This document shows positions 60,158 to 64,000 of a DNA stretch of 64,000 bases, in pieces. The notes beneath the pieces are model-generated. The model saw only the letters and a list, made by a program, of their open reading frames with translations, made no database searches and was not told the origin of the DNA. This DNA is from Myxococcota bacterium (lineage in GTDB: Bacteria > Myxococcota_A > UBA9160 > SZUA-336), in the NCBI GenBank assembly GCA_965247115.1, contig CBDFGR010000002.1:800001-864000 (forward strand), given 5' to 3'. Both the position numbers and the translations under genes were made by a program. Position 1 is the stretch's first letter, and each line of letters begins with the position of its first letter.

Positions 60158-61387
60158 GTGAAGAGCATCAGGGTGATCGGGTTGGCGCTGGGTTTGCTCG
60201 CGCCTTCCGGGGCCCTTGCCGCCGGGTTCCAGAGTATCGAGCAGGGTACTTGGGACATCGGACGGGCCCTGGTGGGAGCGGCGTCGGCAGCGGACTCTGC
60301 TGCGACGGTCTTCTACAACCCAGCAGGCATGACTCTCATCGAGGACACGGAGATCGTGGGTGGGCTCATGGGGGTCCTGGTCGATATTGAGTTCGACACC
60401 GAGCCCGGCACCACATTTACGGGTGGAGGCAGCGGAAATGCGGCCTCTAACGCCGTGGTTCCGAGCGGGCCGTTCTTTGTTCATCCCGTGAACGAGCAGC
60501 TTTCGGTCGGCTTTAGCTTTACAGCCCCATTCGTCGGTTCTCTCGACTATGGCCGCTCCTGGGCGGGTCGCTACTTCGCTCGCGAGGTGGACCTCGCCAT
60601 GTACAGGGCCAGCCCTGCGGTCGCCTACCGGGTGAACGACTGGCTCTCACTCGGGGCGAGCGTGGCCATTAACTACACGAGGTTCGACTTCAAGGTCGCG
60701 ATCCCCACGCCCGGTCCGGATGGCAAGCTCAAGGTAGACAAGGCCGATGAATGGCAGTGGAGCTTCAGTCTCGGTGCGATGATAGAGCTGCAAGAGGGGA
60801 CGCGCCTCGGGATCAACTACTTCTCAGAGGTCGACAACGACGACCTCGGCGGTGACATCGATCTCACACTGCCTGGTCCTCTGCCTGGCTTCAGCTCCGC
60901 TGTAGACGTCAGGTTCACGCTGCCCCAAGCAGCGGTCGCCAGCCTTCGCCAGGAGATCACTGACGACCTGGTCCTGTACTTCGATCTGGGATGGGTCGAC
61001 TTCAGCGCGTTCAGACACATCAGCGTAGACGTCTCGGGCGGAACCACGGTGAATGCGAACATCCATTTCAGGGATATTACCGTCGGCGGAATTGGCGGGG
61101 AGTACCGGATCAACGACCTCTGGACGTGGCAGTTCGGCTCTTCGTACGCGAGCTCACCCGTTGGCGGCTCGGACAGAAGTCCAGCCCTGGCCTTCGACCG
61201 ACAGATCCGCTACGCCACTGGAATCCGCTACGAGTGGAGCGAGAATCTCACGCTCGCTCTCTCCTATGAGTTCCTGGACCTCGGCAGCAACAACGTCAAC
61301 ATCCAAGGCTTTGGCGGCGCGCTGAAGGGCGACTACGACCCCAACAACGCGCACTTCATCGCCCTCACCGCCCGCCACAAGTTCTGA
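60158..61387 (+). CDS. OmpP1/FadL outer-membrane transport protein
   Basis: AGFQSIEQ..GRA, ADSAATVFYNPAGMT and a C-terminal Phe. Confidence 0.92.
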   Translation: MKSIRVIGLALGLLAPSGALAAGFQSIEQGTWDIGRALVGAASAADSAATVFYNPAGMTLIEDTEIVGGLMGVLVDIEFDTEPGTTFTGGGSGNAASNAVVPSGPFFVHPVNEQLSVGFSFTAPFVGSLDYGRSWAGRYFAREVDLAMYRASPAVAYRVNDWLSLGASVAINYTRFDFKVAIPTPGPDGKLKVDKADEWQWSFSLGAMIELQEGTRLGINYFSEVDNDDLGGDIDLTLPGPLPGFSSAVDVRFTLPQAAVASLRQEITDDLVLYFDLGWVDFSAFRHISVDVSGGTTVNANIHFRDITVGGIGGEYRINDLWTWQFGSSYASSPVGGSDRSPALAFDRQIRYATGIRYEWSENLTLALSYEFLDLGSNNVNIQGFGGALKGDYDPNNAHFIALTARHKF

Positions 61388-62310
61388 CACATCATGGAGC
61401 CGCCGGACTTCCTCCAGCCTGAATCCGCGCGCGGATCAACGCCCCGATGCTCGATGATGTCGCCGATTGGGACGATCTGCTCGCCGTCGAGCGTGAGGCC
61501 GCCTGAGGGCATCGCAGGGCCACCGTGATCCCTGAAGTAAAGCGGCAGTCCCTCTGCGAAGTTCGTTCGAACGTCTTTAGGATGCTGTCGTTGATAGTGG
61601 ATGTGGACGTGGGGTTCGCTCGTGTTGCCGCTGTTTCCGCATGCTCCGATCACCTGACCTTCGTTGACTCGATCCCCCGACCGCACTGTGACGCTGTCCG
61701 GTTTGAGGTGAGCGATGATCAGGTGGCCTCCGTCAGCTGCCTCGATAACCACGTGATTGCCAGACGGTGCTGTAACGTTTCCTGAGATGGAGCCGGGTTT
61801 GGCATCGGGTTCGTCGCTGACCGCCTGCACAACCTTACCGCCAATGGGCGCGACGACTGGAACGCCATAGCAGCCATAATCGGCCAGAGTTGCGCTGCCG
61901 GTGAGATAGGGCTCGATCATCAGGTCGTACGCCCAGCGTTGATCGGATTGGATCGCATGTTGGTTACCGGCGGCGGCGTCACCACCCCAAACAACGCGCA
62001 TCGCTTCGTCTGTCGGCACGCGAATCACTAGCGCCGGTTCGGTCGAATCGATGTTCGCGGGAAATGCGACCGGCCAAAGCCGAAGCGACCAAGTGATCGG
62101 TGTGATCGCAACGAACGACATGGCGAGCGTTGCGCCAATAGCCTTCGTAAAGTGACGCTTCCAAATGATTCGAACGACAACGCCAATCAGATAGACGAGA
62201 CCAACAAGCGGCAACAAGCTCAGGGTTTGATACCAAGCCCAAATTCGGGCGGTTCCACCAGAAGCAAGCATGCCGAACAACGCGACGAACAGCACCGCTA
62301 TCAGGCCTAG
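61333..62310 (-). pseudogene. M23 family metallopeptidase whose 5' end is split by the IS5 element
   Basis: AYD, GNHVVI, IAHLK and GNSGNTSEPHVH motifs; the frame continues on the far side of the IS (..FRTWWGL|GLIAVL..). Confidence 0.8.
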
Positions 62311-63585
62311 CAGGCTGCGGAGAAAGTGACTGGTTGAGGGGTGGTCCTTCCGACGAGGGGGTTCACCGGCCGAGGGGCGGGGCGCGATTCCCGGTTCGAA
62401 CCGGTCTTGGGCTCCGCTGATCGCGGGGCGGTTTCGCACATGACCTACGTGGCCTCCAGCAGCTTGCGGATCCGGATCAGGTTGTAGGCTGCGGCCGTGA
62501 AGGTGAAGACCCAGCCGACCCGATCCGTGCCGCGGTGTCGGGTCTTGCGCATCAGCCCCACGGTCTTCATCCAGCCGAAGACCTCTTCCACCCGTTTGCG
62601 AAAACGCTGACTCAGTTCGTAGCCCCGGTGGCGCGTCGTCCGCCCGTCGATCGCGCTGCGTCGATTCGTCGTGTTCTGCGCCACGTGTGGGGTCACGCCC
62701 AACTCTCGAAGCTCTTCCACGAACCCCTTCGTGTCGAAGCCCTTGTCTCCGCCCAATGTCCTCCGACGCCCGCCTCCCAGACCTTCCACCATCTCGAGCG
62801 CCGCTTCGCGCTCCGCATATCCCGACGCCTGCGTGAGCTTCGCCGCGACCACCAAGCCGTTCCGGTTCTCCGTCACCACGTGTCCCTGGTACGCGAGTCG
62901 GGCGCCTTGGCCTCTCATACCGGCGAGTCGTGCGTCGGGATCCGTCGTCGACGCATGCGTCTGGTTGCTCCGCTTCTCGCCTCGGAAGTTCACCGTCGGG
63001 TTGCCCGGGTCATCGTCGTCTCTCCGTTCCTCGTCCTTCCGTACGAAGCTCTTCTGGCTCGCCCACGCCTCGATCAGCGTCCCGTCTACCGTGAAGTGCT
63101 CCAACGACACCCATCCCTCGGTCTCGGCCTGCTCCAGCACTGCGTCGAAGAAGTGCTCGGCAATCTCGCCCTTGAGCAGCCGGTCTCGGTTCTTCGTGAA
63201 CACCGTGGCGCTGAACACCACCTCGTCAAGCTCCAGACCCACGAACCAGCGATACAGCAGGTTGTACTCCAGCTGCTCCACCAGCTGCCGCTCGCTCCGG
63301 ATGGTGTAGAGCACCTGCAGCAGCAGGGCGCGCAGCAGCTGCTCCGGGGGCACGGACGGGCGCCCTACGCCTCTGGCGTAGATCGCGTCGAAGCGCGGCG
63401 ATAGCCGCTGCAGCGCCGTGTCGACCATGCGCCGCATCGCTCGAAGCGGATGATCATCCGGAATCCGCGACTCCAGCGACACGTAGCTGAACATCCCGCC
63501 CTGAAGCGTCCCCTGTCCTCTCACGCCTCCCCCTTTGGGGCTCGCTCCCAAGGTACCCTTCGATGAGGAGTTTTTCAGCAGCCTG
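62311..63585 (-). mobile_element. IS5-family insertion sequence, 1275 bp, with CTAG target duplication
   Basis: IRs CAGGCTGCGGAGAAAGT and CAGGCTGCTGAAAAACT; CTAG at 62307-62310 and 63586-63589. Confidence 0.93.
62445..63524 (-). CDS. IS5-family DDE transposase
   Basis: DHPLR, GRPSVPPE, VDGTLIEAWAS, TDPDARL, GGDKGFD and RKRVEEVFGW motifs; GTG after GGGAGG. Confidence 0.95.
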   Translation of the reverse strand: MRGQGTLQGGMFSYVSLESRIPDDHPLRAMRRMVDTALQRLSPRFDAIYARGVGRPSVPPEQLLRALLLQVLYTIRSERQLVEQLEYNLLYRWFVGLELDEVVFSATVFTKNRDRLLKGEIAEHFFDAVLEQAETEGWVSLEHFTVDGTLIEAWASQKSFVRKDEERRDDDDPGNPTVNFRGEKRSNQTHASTTDPDARLAGMRGQGARLAYQGHVVTENRNGLVVAAKLTQASGYAEREAALEMVEGLGGGRRRTLGGDKGFDTKGFVEELRELGVTPHVAQNTTNRRSAIDGRTTRHRGYELSQRFRKRVEEVFGWMKTVGLMRKTRHRGTDRVGWVFTFTAAAYNLIRIRKLLEAT

Positions 63586-63683
63586 CTAGGCCCCACCACG
63601 TGCGAAACAGCGCTACGAGTAGCCTTTTCTCCCGCCGCCCCCAAGTCGGGCGAACTGGGCTGGAATTTCCCACAAGGGGATTG

Positions 63684-64000
63684 CTATGTCTCGCTGGTTG
63701 GCGCGTGTGCGCGATGCCGCGGAGCAGGCGTAGGCTCGAACAGGCACACCATCCGGACCTCGATATTGCGCCGGCGGAGGGCATCCGGCGGCGAGTTCGG
63801 GTCGTCGAAGGATGTGTGCGGACAAAAGTACGCACGGTCGGGGCGCGAGTCGGCTTGCTTCAAGACGATCAACTCGTCAGTCCGCATACGTGGAAAGTAG
63901 TGGTGCCGATGGCGCTCGCTGAATAACGGAGCGTAGCCACGGGTGTAGGCCCCTTCGTCGACCTTGCTGAACGCGTACGAGACCGTATTTTCGGGATCGA
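63684..64000 (-). CDS. CmcJ/NvfI family oxidoreductase, C-terminal part (runs off the window edge)
   Basis: YFPRMRTDE..LKQADS, CPHTSFDDP and RRNIEVR motifs. Confidence 0.8.
   Translation of the reverse strand, partial: DPENTVSYAFSKVDEGAYTRGYAPLFSERHRHHYFPRMRTDELIVLKQADSRPDRAYFCPHTSFDDPNSPPDALRRRNIEVRMVCLFEPTPAPRHRAHAPTSET

Overview
GC-rich bacterial window that reads as an accessory 'island graveyard'. It is a mosaic of catabolic and redox genes in blocks of visibly different codon usage: 3 amidases, 3 luciferase-like monooxygenases, 3 RNase Z-like MBL hydrolases, 3 CmcJ/NvfI-like oxygenases, 2 PhyH dioxygenases, an IorAB-type molybdo-oxidoreductase, SDR, GST and a pentameric ligand-gated channel. 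These are interleaved with many truncated or frameshifted genes, three tRNA-Thr(CGT) 3'-half att scars with arm-type and IHF-like sites but no integrase, phage remnants, a 101-bp direct repeat around iorAB, and an intact IS5-family element with a CTAG target duplication. The stand-out observation is at 28213-29712 (-). Two ORF-track fragments join into one 499-codon linalool dehydratase/isomerase (LinD)-like gene with a single in-frame TGA. That TGA falls at the position of LinD's second catalytic Cys and is followed, at fdhF-like spacing, by a SECIS-type hairpin with a GGUCU loop. This is a probable selenocysteine hydro-lyase/isomerase. All family assignments come from motif recognition by eye; no database searches were run.
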